From the IMG/VR virus record IMGVR_UViG_3300013132_000063, positions 1 to 54,776 of that record: 54,776 nucleotides of DNA; one strand, 5' to 3'. Positions 29,562 to 38,268 of the stretch are shown here, piece by piece. Below the pieces are notes generated by a model that worked only from the letters and a program-made list of their open reading frames with translations, did no database searches and had not been told where the DNA came from. Both the position numbers and the translations under genes were made by a program. Each line of letters begins with the position of its first letter. Position 1 is the stretch's first letter. Origin of the DNA: a virus (Duplodnaviria; Caudoviricetes).

Positions 29562-30428
29562 ATGCCATTTATTAGTAGCGTAAGAGGTAATTTTGGACCT
29601 CAAGGCAAACCTGGACGTCGTGTAGGTCTTTTAGGCTCTACAGGCGGAACAATTACAACTGCTGGCGGATATACAATTCATACTTTCACTACCGCAGGAA
29701 ATAGTACTTTTGTCGCTGCTGGTGCTGGTGATGTTGAGTATCTTGTAATTGCTGGTGGCGGTGCTGGCGGAGCATCTTATGGTGGCGGTGGCGGAGCAGG
29801 TGGTTATAGAACTGCTACTGGGCTTGCTGTTACAGCAGGAAATATTCCTGTAACTGTAGGAAGTGGTGGTAGTGGTGTTGGCAATTCTACTTTAGGAAAT
29901 AATGGTACAAACTCGGTGTTTTCAACAATAACTTCTATTGGTGGTGGCGGTGGCGCTGCTCAAGGTAGCGACCCCCAACAATATGGTTCACCTGGCGGTT
30001 CTGGTGGCGGTGGTTCTTATCATGGTCAAGGCGCTGGCTCTGGTACTCCTGGTCAAGGAAATCCTGGAGGAAACGGTCAAACTAGTGGTCCATTCCACGG
30101 CGGAAGCGGCGGCGGGGGTGCTGGTCAAACAGGAGAAAGTATGTTTGGTGGAGTAAGTCGTGGAGGTAACGGCGGAAACGGATTATCTTCTTCAATAAAT
30201 GGTTCAGCAACAACCCGTGCTGGTGGAGGCGGTGCAGGTGGCGGTGCTCCTGGACAACCTGGAACAGGTGGGGCTGCTGGCTCTGGTGGAGCCAGTGCTG
30301 GCTCTCCTTCTGGAAATGGCAGTGGGAATGCAACTGCAAATACTGGAAGTGGAAGTGGCGGGTCGCCACAGAATACAAGTTCTGGAAGCGGTGCTCCTGG
30401 AATAGTTATTGTTAGATATATTCCATAA
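29562..30428 (+). CDS. Glycine-rich (polyglycine II) adhesin-like protein
   Basis: GGTITTAGGYTIHTFT, VEYLVIAGGG, ANTGSG, GIVIVRY. Confidence 0.8.
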   Translation: MPFISSVRGNFGPQGKPGRRVGLLGSTGGTITTAGGYTIHTFTTAGNSTFVAAGAGDVEYLVIAGGGAGGASYGGGGGAGGYRTATGLAVTAGNIPVTVGSGGSGVGNSTLGNNGTNSVFSTITSIGGGGGAAQGSDPQQYGSPGGSGGGGSYHGQGAGSGTPGQGNPGGNGQTSGPFHGGSGGGGAGQTGESMFGGVSRGGNGGNGLSSSINGSATTRAGGGGAGGGAPGQPGTGGAAGSGGASAGSPSGNGSGNATANTGSGSGGSPQNTSSGSGAPGIVIVRYIP

Positions 30429-30431
30429 TAA

Positions 30432-31130
30432 TTACTTAAATATCTTTTTTTGCCGTAACGAAGCATAAGAAGAAACTATTTTTGTTTTGAATCTTTGGAT
30501 ATCAAAATATTTTTCTTCTTGTGGACTTATATCATACTCTGAATCCCAAGCCTCGCGCTTAAAAGGAATAATTTGAAACATTGGAGTCCCTTTTTTTATT
30601 ATTCCTTCAAAATTCTTTTTTATAACAAATGGAGAATTTGCATTTAATTTTAATATATCGGAATCTATTATTCCTGTAAGAGTTCTAATTGGTAAATTTT
30701 GATATGCAAAAGGATGAGTTATTAAGCAAGAGTACCCTGGCGGTGTTTCTATAGACCACCCGTGGTAGTACTTAAAAACAATATTGTCAAATTCATCTGG
30801 AACTTCATACATTGAACTTTGAGTGTGGTGCCAATTATCAACAACTTTTTCGTCTACTAACCATTTTACAATTAAAGAGTCGTTTGTTCTTGAAATCAAT
30901 AAATCAGACCAAAGTTTTACTATGTATCCAGAACAAAAACTGTCTAAAAGAGGTGCGCATTGTTTTGCCGTGACTGTAGCGTATGGATTTATGTCAAACT
31001 TATTGTTTTCAGTTGAATACACAGGCATACTCCTAAACCATTTAGGTATAAGAGATGATGCTGGTATAGGTTTTTCTTTAACCTGCATTGTGTACTCGTC
31101 ATTTGCATGAAACTTTATAAGTTTAGGCAT
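30432..31130 (-). CDS. Hypothetical protein, paralog of 32467-33180 (possibly dUTPase-like beta fold)
   Basis: KQCAPLLD..SGY, W.IETPPGYSCLITHP, GIIDSD, GTPMFQIIPFKRE.W. Confidence 0.7.
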   Translation of the reverse strand: MPKLIKFHANDEYTMQVKEKPIPASSLIPKWFRSMPVYSTENNKFDINPYATVTAKQCAPLLDSFCSGYIVKLWSDLLISRTNDSLIVKWLVDEKVVDNWHHTQSSMYEVPDEFDNIVFKYYHGWSIETPPGYSCLITHPFAYQNLPIRTLTGIIDSDILKLNANSPFVIKKNFEGIIKKGTPMFQIIPFKREAWDSEYDISPQEEKYFDIQRFKTKIVSSYASLRQKKIFK

Positions 31131-31761
31131 TGTTTTGAATTATATATTTTTTAATGCCACTGTTGTCTTTTTTATTTTTTCTTTCAACACTTCCTCTATC
31201 TAACTTTCCTAAAGAATCTCTTTTGTCGTACTTATACTCAGCGTTAACTCCATTTTTATCTACATAATGAAAAAATCCTTGAACGTGCCAAGCATCTTCA
31301 ACTATATTAAAAGGCTCTCTCCAATGCTCTAATTCAATGCCCCTATAAACTACCAAGTCTCCCGGCTTGAGGTGAGCAGCATATCCATCCATAAAAATAG
31401 GCCAAGAATAGTTAGAATCATCATAACTATAGTTAAAGCAAAGAGTACAAGAAATTTCGCAAGAAGGTCGGTCTTTATGCGGTGCTAGAACATCGCCATT
31501 TCTATAAACTCTATAAAAAGAATATGTTGGATACAATTCTAATCCTGTGCTTTTCTCCATTAAAGAATGAATATGCAAAAGCACGGTTTCCATTAGAGGG
31601 TCGGCATACTTAGCGTGTGCATTTGGAACTTGTCCCCCGTCAGTTTGAAAATCTTGCATCTCATCAAATAAAGCATATTGAGTAACAAAATCACATAACT
31701 CTTTACTTAAGGCATTTCTAACAACCGTATAACCTTTTTCATTAAATTCTTGAACGCTCAT
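31123..31761 (-). CDS. 2OG-Fe(II) oxygenase
   Basis: HxD in PHKDRPSCEIS, PGDLVVYRG, distal His in EHWRE. Confidence 0.82.
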   Translation of the reverse strand: MSVQEFNEKGYTVVRNALSKELCDFVTQYALFDEMQDFQTDGGQVPNAHAKYADPLMETVLLHIHSLMEKSTGLELYPTYSFYRVYRNGDVLAPHKDRPSCEISCTLCFNYSYDDSNYSWPIFMDGYAAHLKPGDLVVYRGIELEHWREPFNIVEDAWHVQGFFHYVDKNGVNAEYKYDKRDSLGKLDRGSVERKNKKDNSGIKKYIIQNNA

Positions 31762-32390
31762 TATTGAACTATCCTATCTTTAATCCAAGTAACAATTGCA
31801 TATTTTGTTCCATCTGTAACAGGATGAGCAACGTGTGTATAAGCATAGTTTGATGGAAATAAAACTAACATACCAGGCTCTGGTTTAATTTTTACACCAA
31901 AATTAACAAACTCTAATTCTCCGCCTTCATAATCATTATTCCAGTAACAAATAGCAGAAACAGACCTTCCAGTAGAAGTTGTTCCGTCTGCATGAGGTTT
32001 ATATTCTTGTCCAGTTCTATATCTTAATATATTGTAATCTTCATGGTACAAATCATCAATGTCATGTTTTTTTGCATAAGGTATAGTTGCAGCAAGCAGT
32101 AAAAGATAAAATTGATTATGTATGTTTTGGGCTAAACCGTTTCCTGTTTCTTTTGCAGAGTATGTTACTCCTAAATGATAATTAGTTCTTATGTTTTGAT
32201 TTGTTCCTGCTCCAATTGTTGGAGCACGATGCCAAGAAATACCAGATTCTGGATTAGAACACTCTTTTTCTAGTAATTCAATAGTCTTTTCTGGGTTTGG
32301 CCATGTATTTTCATATATATCTATACACCCGCCAACGGTTGCATCAGGGTATAGTTCCCCAGGAAATAGTCCATTAACTTGAATTGTCAT
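31761..32390 (-). CDS. 2OG-Fe(II) oxygenase, prolyl 4-hydroxylase-like
   Basis: ILRY..GQEYKPHAD, DYEGGELEF, LFPSN...THVAHPVT.GTKYAIVTW. Confidence 0.88.
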   Translation of the reverse strand: MTIQVNGLFPGELYPDATVGGCIDIYENTWPNPEKTIELLEKECSNPESGISWHRAPTIGAGTNQNIRTNYHLGVTYSAKETGNGLAQNIHNQFYLLLLAATIPYAKKHDIDDLYHEDYNILRYRTGQEYKPHADGTTSTGRSVSAICYWNNDYEGGELEFVNFGVKIKPEPGMLVLFPSNYAYTHVAHPVTDGTKYAIVTWIKDRIVQ

Positions 32391-32466
32391 AAGTGCCTTT
32401 CCTTTGTCTTAAAGAAAATAATACCACGATGCGTTACAATAGTTGCATGACACAGCAAAACTTTAG

Positions 32467-33180
32467 ATGGGAAAAACTTTGAAAAATATAACATTTATTC
32501 CATCTAGTCAAGAAGTTGAAATGTACGTTTCCTATCCTAAACCTGGAAAAAATTACATTCCAGAGTCTTATAAAAACATTAAGAATGACACTCTAAAAAA
32601 TCCAATTTTTGACAAAACTGGAAAAATAATATACAAAAGTCTTAAAACTTGTATTCCATTTTTTGATGCTTATGTCAACGGCTATGTGCAGGAAACTTGG
32701 ACAGATATTTATATAGACAAAAAAGACGACAATAACTGCGAATATCATTGGCCTACAGGACCAAGCATTATGTCTAGTAGAGAGCAAATGCATCGTCCTA
32801 TAAGTAAAAATTTTTATCAAAAAGAGTTTATATGGTTTCAGCCTTGGAAAATAAAAATGCCAAAAGGCTACAGTTGCTTAATAACTCATCCGTTAAATAG
32901 AGATGACTTGCCTTTTTTTACCCTTTCAGGTATTATAGATTCTGATTCATATTTTCATGCGTCTTATGGAAATCTTCCTTTTTATTTAGATAAAACTTTT
33001 AGTGGCATAATTCCAGCAGGAACTCCTATGTTTCAAATTATTCCTATAAAAAGAGAAAATTGGATAACTAAAATAGAAAAATACAATGATACAGAACAAA
33101 ATAAATTATCTAACGATGTGTTAAAACATTTTATAGGAGCATATAAAAATAATTTTTGGAACAAAAAAACATTTACATAA
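32467..33180 (+). CDS. Hypothetical protein, paralog of 30432-31130; start may be TTG 32479
   Basis: KTCIPFFDA..GY, PW.IKMPKGYSCLITHPLNR, GIIDSD, GTPMFQIIPIKRE.W. Confidence 0.7.
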   Translation: MGKTLKNITFIPSSQEVEMYVSYPKPGKNYIPESYKNIKNDTLKNPIFDKTGKIIYKSLKTCIPFFDAYVNGYVQETWTDIYIDKKDDNNCEYHWPTGPSIMSSREQMHRPISKNFYQKEFIWFQPWKIKMPKGYSCLITHPLNRDDLPFFTLSGIIDSDSYFHASYGNLPFYLDKTFSGIIPAGTPMFQIIPIKRENWITKIEKYNDTEQNKLSNDVLKHFIGAYKNNFWNKKTFT

Positions 33181-33182
33181 TA

Positions 33183-34628
33183 CTATAAAAACTTTCTTGT
33201 CAAATGTATGTATTGTTTATGTCCAATGTATTTAGAATTTTTTTCTATGTTTTTATAATCTAACAATGTTTTATCAGCAAAATTTTTTATTGTTTGATTT
33301 AATAAATTATATTCTTTTTTTATACTATTTTGATTAAACAAACCTAACCCATCTATTACTAAAGTAAAATTATCTTCCCAAAATAAACAATAGTTAGATT
33401 GATTGCTAAAATCTTCTCTAATAGGAATTTTGTTTTTCCAAATTTCTAAGTTATTTTGCAAAGACTCTGGCATTTCTAAATTTTGTATGTCTTTCCAAAA
33501 AGAAGTATTATCCTTTTTTACTACATAATGAAGAGCAACAAAATCTCGAATATTTTCCATAATTGATTGAAAATTTTTATTGTAACTATTTATTTCTTTA
33601 TCAGAATAATTTAATAATTTATGCATTAACAAGTAAGACTGTTGTATTGTAGAGCCAATAGAAGTTGCTTCAAGTGGTTCTACAAAACTTCCACTGAGTC
33701 CAATAGCAATACAATTTTTAATCCATACATTCTCTAAATACCCCGGGTCAAACTTAAATTCTTTTTTTATTTCTACATCGTAACCAAATTCTTTGTCAAG
33801 TTCTTCTTTTGCTTGGTCTGCTGTTGTGTAGTCACTGTCGAATATATAACCATTTCCATGCCTACCCCAGGTAGGAATTTTGAATCTCCATCCATAGTCC
33901 ATTGCCTTAGACAAGGTCCATAAATTGTATTCTTCTTCATCTTGACTTGGAAACACGATTGCTGATTTCATTTTTAAGTATTTACTAAAAGAAATCCATT
34001 TTGCCCCCATTTTTCCAATAAGAAGTCTTTGAAATCCTGTTGCATCTATGTAAAAATCATATTTATAATTTTGTTTTTCTCCAGTTAGGTAGTCAATTTC
34101 TCCGTTTTCCTTAAAAGTAATATTTTTAATTTCGTCATTTATTGTATTAATATTGTAGTTGTTGGCAGTTTTTGTTAAAAAAGAATTTAATTTATATGTG
34201 TTAAAATGATACTGAAGAAAAGGAATATCTTTTTTATTATTTACAAACCAAGAACTTATTTTATTTTCCCAATAACAAATTGGACTTAGTTCATTTGATT
34301 GTTCTGAAATTTGTTTAGAGTATATGACAGGATACATTCCTTGCTTAATGTTAAATGGAGTTATCACACTATGTAAATAATTATCTGGTGTCCAGTTTTC
34401 AAACATTATTCCAGACTTAAATGTAGCATCGCATTCTTGTAGAATTGAAAATTTATCTAATTCCATAAAATTTAAGAAATCAGTAAAATGTTCAGTAGAG
34501 CCTTCACCGACTCCTATAATTCCTATTTTTTCAGAATAAACAACATCTATTTCAATATTCAAAAATTTTTTTAATATTAGTGCTGATATAAAGCCAGCAG
34601 TTCCACCACCTACAACTAATATTTTCAT
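33183..34628 (-). CDS. prnA: Flavin-dependent halogenase, tryptophan halogenase family
   Basis: VVGGGTAG, IGVGEGS, catalytic Lys in DATFKSGI, YIDATGF, GWRFKIP, GFVEPLEA-like SFVEPLEATSI. Confidence 0.85.
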   Translation of the reverse strand: MKILVVGGGTAGFISALILKKFLNIEIDVVYSEKIGIIGVGEGSTEHFTDFLNFMELDKFSILQECDATFKSGIMFENWTPDNYLHSVITPFNIKQGMYPVIYSKQISEQSNELSPICYWENKISSWFVNNKKDIPFLQYHFNTYKLNSFLTKTANNYNINTINDEIKNITFKENGEIDYLTGEKQNYKYDFYIDATGFQRLLIGKMGAKWISFSKYLKMKSAIVFPSQDEEEYNLWTLSKAMDYGWRFKIPTWGRHGNGYIFDSDYTTADQAKEELDKEFGYDVEIKKEFKFDPGYLENVWIKNCIAIGLSGSFVEPLEATSIGSTIQQSYLLMHKLLNYSDKEINSYNKNFQSIMENIRDFVALHYVVKKDNTSFWKDIQNLEMPESLQNNLEIWKNKIPIREDFSNQSNYCLFWEDNFTLVIDGLGLFNQNSIKKEYNLLNQTIKNFADKTLLDYKNIEKNSKYIGHKQYIHLTRKFL

Positions 34629-34919
34629 TTACATCCAATACTTTATTATTGCTGTTATAGCCAACATAGACCACAATATATTAAACCAGATAATAGTAGG
34701 TAAAGTTTTTATAGTAGAAGACCAGACAAGAGCAAGACTAGATACTAAAGCAAAAATATAGAGCCACCACCACTGATAGCCAAACAATAGTCCAGGAATA
34801 ATAATACTACCTTTTACTAAAAAAGCAAAAAACTCTACTGTATTTGGTTTATTCCAGTATTTTTTATTTTTCATAGTGGCAAGAGCATCTAGCCACTGCA
34901 TATGACGATTTTGTCTCAT
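34629..34919 (-). CDS. Small multi-TM membrane protein
   Basis: Three hydrophobic stretches; abuts the halogenase start. Confidence 0.7.
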   Translation of the reverse strand: MRQNRHMQWLDALATMKNKKYWNKPNTVEFFAFLVKGSIIIPGLLFGYQWWWLYIFALVSSLALVWSSTIKTLPTIIWFNILWSMLAITAIIKYWM

Positions 34920-34951
34920 TAGATTATTGTATACTATGCTAAACTAATTTT
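34920..34951. promoter_or_regulatory. Back-to-back leaderless promoters
   Basis: Plus: TGcTAAACT (hexamer 34940-34945) + 6 nt + ATG 34952. Minus: TACAAT (34926-34931) + 6 nt + ATG 34919. No RBS on either side. Confidence 0.65.
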
Positions 34952-35359
34952 ATGCCTAGATGGAAGACAACAGAAAATCTTCTTCATTTTTCAAAAGATG
35001 GAGAATATTTTGATGAAAATTGGATGAACTACGATTCAATATATCAATATATGCCACCGAATCCAACATGGCAAGAAAATAGACCAATAAAATTTGAAGA
35101 TGTTGATATCTGGGAAGTTTTATTTGAATGGTCAGGATTGTCAGGAGTTTATGCGGCTTGGTGTCCATACGCACATTATTTTATAGTTATAGATAGATGG
35201 AAAGTTGTTGCTGAATACAGGGGGGTCGAAGGAGAAGAACAACTTAAAAAATTTTTAACTGACAATAACATACCTTTTTCTTTACATAAAATTTGGATAG
35301 ATGACGATAAATTTGAATCTTATACTAACTCGACAGAAAATAAAATAATTATTCCTTAA
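34952..35359 (+). CDS. Hypothetical protein
   Basis: 135-aa Trp-rich ORF with a leaderless -10 element. Confidence 0.7.
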   Translation: MPRWKTTENLLHFSKDGEYFDENWMNYDSIYQYMPPNPTWQENRPIKFEDVDIWEVLFEWSGLSGVYAAWCPYAHYFIVIDRWKVVAEYRGVEGEEQLKKFLTDNNIPFSLHKIWIDDDKFESYTNSTENKIIIP

Positions 35360-35403
35360 TTTTATTTTATGATATTTTAGTTTAATGTTTAGGGGGTTTA
35401 GAT

Positions 35404-36465
35404 ATGAAAATAGCAGTGTATACAATTGCTCTTAACGAGGAGCAATTTGTCGAAACTTGGTACAACTCTGTCAAAGACGAAGCAGACTACCTGCTGATTG
35501 CTGACACGGGCTCAACGGATGGCACGGTTGAGAAAGCCCGTGCTTTAGGTATCAATGTTGTTTCTATTTGGGTAAAGCCATGGCGTTTTGATGTAGCCCG
35601 CAACGCATCTTTGACTTTAGTTCCACCAGATATGGACTACTGCATTCCACTAGATATGGATGAGATTATGCTTCCAGGCTGGAGAGCAGAACTTGAGAAG
35701 GCATTTGAGGCTGGCGCAACGCGCCCGCGCTACAACTATGTGTGGAATTGGAATCCAGATGGAACTCCTGGTCTTACTTTTGGTGGAGACAAAATACACG
35801 CTCGTCAAGGCTATCGCTGGAAGAATCCAGTACATGAAGTCTTAACACCAGACCGCATCAAGGAAGTCCAATACTGGACTAGCGCAACTATGGAACATCA
35901 CGCAGATATAACTAAGTCTCGCTCTCAATACTTGCCACTTCTCAAGGCTTCTGTAGATGAAGACCCAAATGATGACAGAAATACTTTTTACTACGCACGA
36001 GAGTTATATTTTTACAACAAGTATGCCGAAGCAACCGCTGAGTTTAAGCGTCACTTAGAACTAAAAACAGCACGATGGGCGCCAGAACGAGCCGCATCTA
36101 TGCGCTATATAGGCAAGATAAATAAAGATGAAACCGAACTTTGGTACACACTAGCAATCAAAGAAGCACCTAACCGCAGAGAAGCATATGTAGATTTGGC
36201 AAAGCATTACTACTCTGTTGGTAAATGGGAAGAGTGCTACGAGCAAGCAAATGCTGCTCTGGCAATAGTAGATAAACCAATGGAGTATCTCTGCGAAGCA
36301 GAAGCCTGGGGGTATACGCCATACGATATGGCAGCAATTGCTGCATATAACTTAGGTAAATACTCAGAATCGGTAGAGTTTGCTAAGAAGGCTTTAGAAC
36401 TTTCTCCGCCAGAGGAAAAAGAAAGACTTATTAAAAACTTAGAGTTCTGCGAGGCAAAAGTATGA
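35404..36465 (+). CDS. Glycosyltransferase family 2 with C-terminal TPR repeats
   Basis: IALNEE, ADTGSTDGT, FDVARN, DxD in LDMDE, PVHE; TPR-like helices after about aa 190. Confidence 0.9.
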   Translation: MKIAVYTIALNEEQFVETWYNSVKDEADYLLIADTGSTDGTVEKARALGINVVSIWVKPWRFDVARNASLTLVPPDMDYCIPLDMDEIMLPGWRAELEKAFEAGATRPRYNYVWNWNPDGTPGLTFGGDKIHARQGYRWKNPVHEVLTPDRIKEVQYWTSATMEHHADITKSRSQYLPLLKASVDEDPNDDRNTFYYARELYFYNKYAEATAEFKRHLELKTARWAPERAASMRYIGKINKDETELWYTLAIKEAPNRREAYVDLAKHYYSVGKWEECYEQANAALAIVDKPMEYLCEAEAWGYTPYDMAAIAAYNLGKYSESVEFAKKALELSPPEEKERLIKNLEFCEAKV

Positions 36466-37037
36466 GTTATCCAAACTGGTTTATTGAAGGTAAAGCAGTA
36501 GATAATTTCTCTGCTTTTCTTCTTAAATACAAAAATACAAAAGTAGATTTTCTTCAACTTGGAGCCTATACAGGGGACGCAACTAAGTGGCTTTTTGAAA
36601 ATGTGCTTACACACCCAGAGTCAACACTTACAGATGTTGACACTTGGGAAGGCTCAAATGAAGATGAGCATAAAGAGTTTGATTGGAAGAGCGTTGAGCA
36701 GACTTATGATGATAAGAATAAAGAATGGCTTGACTCAGGTCGTCTTGTAAAAATGAAGATGACTACTAAAGAGTTCTTCAAATCAAACAATAAACAGTTT
36801 GACTTTGTCTATGTTGATGCTGACCATCATGCAGTATGGGCACTAAAAGATGGACTAGATGGCTATTCTTGCCTAAAGAACGGTGAAATTCTTGCTTTTG
36901 ATGATTATAGATGGGGCGCACATCTTCCTAAAGCAGATAGACCAGGACCAGGAATAGATGCGTTTCTAATTTCTTACGCAAATAAAATTACTATTTTGGA
37001 GCGCGGCTTGCAGGTTTGGCTACGGAAGATTTTTTAG
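36462..37037 (+). CDS. Class I SAM-dependent methyltransferase (Methyltransf_24-like)
   Basis: LQLGAYTG, VDTW, FDFVYVDADH, ILAFDDY; ATGA-coupled to the GT2 gene. Confidence 0.85.
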   Translation: MSYPNWFIEGKAVDNFSAFLLKYKNTKVDFLQLGAYTGDATKWLFENVLTHPESTLTDVDTWEGSNEDEHKEFDWKSVEQTYDDKNKEWLDSGRLVKMKMTTKEFFKSNNKQFDFVYVDADHHAVWALKDGLDGYSCLKNGEILAFDDYRWGAHLPKADRPGPGIDAFLISYANKITILERGLQVWLRKIF

Positions 37038-37536
37038 GCTTACGCTTCTTCTTTAGTTTTTCTTTTTCCTGTTTAGCAATTCTTTCAGCACGCTCAGCCT
37101 TGTAAGCCTCGACAGCATTAGCACTTGTTCTACTGCGCCAAGAAAAACCACAATCAGTACAGGTAACAATCTTTGCGGTAGTCCAACGACCAGTTGTATC
37201 TAGTTGAGCAATAGATGTTTCTAGTTTGTTTGGACGAGCAGTGCAGTATGGACAATTTGGGTATCTGCGGCGTCTAGTTTCTTCGCCAAGATAAGAAACA
37301 GACAAAGCACGACGAATCTCTACTTCGTCTTTTCCTCCCCATATGCCCCAAATCTGACGATGCTCAAGCGCCCATTGAAGGCATTGGGAGCGAACAGGGC
37401 AGGAGAAGCACATATTCTTTGCTTCGTATTTTTGGGAGAAGTCCTGCGAGAAGAAGTGGTTTATGTATTTTCTATTGACTGGAAGAGCGCAAAGCGCCTT
37501 TCGTTGCCACTCTAGACTATTAGCAGGTTTCCACAC
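36991..37536 (-). CDS. whiB: WhiB-family Fe-S transcription factor with C-terminal Zn-ribbon and basic tail
   Basis: WQRKALC...FF...AKNMCFSCPVRSQCL.WAL...GIWGG, then CPYC...CTDC. Confidence 0.88.
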   Translation of the reverse strand: MWKPANSLEWQRKALCALPVNRKYINHFFSQDFSQKYEAKNMCFSCPVRSQCLQWALEHRQIWGIWGGKDEVEIRRALSVSYLGEETRRRRYPNCPYCTARPNKLETSIAQLDTTGRWTTAKIVTCTDCGFSWRSRTSANAVEAYKAERAERIAKQEKEKLKKKRKPKKSSVAKPASRAPK

Positions 37537-37598
37537 ATAGTCTAGCCTACACTATTAGACTAAAAAAGTATTGAATAAACACACTAAACACTAATCTT

Positions 37599-37940
37599 TT
37601 ATTTATCTATTTCTATCCAAGTAACTGGTTGAATATCTTCTACTGTATCACCATATTCAGTTTCGCCAAGTTCTGTGCAGACAACTAAATCAAGTTCGTC
37701 TTCTAGAACTCCAGCCCATCCACTACAAACAATTCCTGTATCTATGGCCTTAAATGCTTCATTCAAACTATCGTAAACTCCGTCACGTTGAAGCGCTGAA
37801 GCAAGGGCTTTTCTAACTAACTCATTTTCAATGTCAATGTGGTCTATCGTGTAATAGATAACTGGGTCAGGCTTAGTAAGAAAATAGCCAGAACCAATCC
37901 ACTCAATCCAGAGTTCCTGTCCAAGTCTTTTGTCTTTCAT
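37599..37940 (-). CDS. Hypothetical acidic protein
   Basis: 113-aa ORF in the co-directional block, AGGA RBS. Confidence 0.7.
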   Translation of the reverse strand: MKDKRLGQELWIEWIGSGYFLTKPDPVIYYTIDHIDIENELVRKALASALQRDGVYDSLNEAFKAIDTGIVCSGWAGVLEDELDLVVCTELGETEYGDTVEDIQPVTWIEIDK

Positions 37941-37946
37941 TAAATC

Positions 37947-38240
37947 CTAGTCTTCAGTTATATCGTTTATGTTGAACTCAAAATCTCTAGAGAACTCGTC
38001 TCCTATAAAGTAGACAGTCTCAGGGTTACGCATCTCGTAGATGCCAGCAATTGTTATTGTGCCGCACATACAGCAGACTTCTACGCTTCCTGGTTCAAGT
38101 ATCTCTGGGCTATCTACCCCAACTAACTTAATCAAGATACTGCCAGTCTCGCTAATGCTCTCTGGCTCCCAGCGAGCGTGCTCATCTAGCCAGCACATCT
38201 CGCAGATGGCGTATGGTAGTTGCGCAGGTTTTGCGGCCAT
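37947..38240 (-). CDS. Hypothetical Zn-binding protein
   Basis: CEMC and CCMC pairs; TAGAAT + 7 nt + ATG favours start 38240. Confidence 0.65.
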   Translation of the reverse strand: MAAKPAQLPYAICEMCWLDEHARWEPESISETGSILIKLVGVDSPEILEPGSVEVCCMCGTITIAGIYEMRNPETVYFIGDEFSRDFEFNINDITED

Positions 38241-38268
38241 GCCATTAATTCTAGTCTGTCGTGACATC

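Noticed and set aside
31761-32390. Animal-style collagen prolyl 4-hydroxylation of the fibres
   Set aside because: Collagen P4H targets Y-position Pro (X-Pro-Gly); these collagens place Pro almost only in X with Thr or Gln in Y, so the simple model is unsupported
31123-32390. TET/JBP-type DNA base oxidases feeding the GT-B-like protein
   Set aside because: Motifs fit generic or P4H-like 2OG oxygenases, and the genes lie outside the replication block; cannot be fully excluded without profile searches
36991-37037. 47-bp convergent overlap as an antisense control system
   Set aside because: Explained by a low-complexity tail extension at the junction of two gene blocks; no further support
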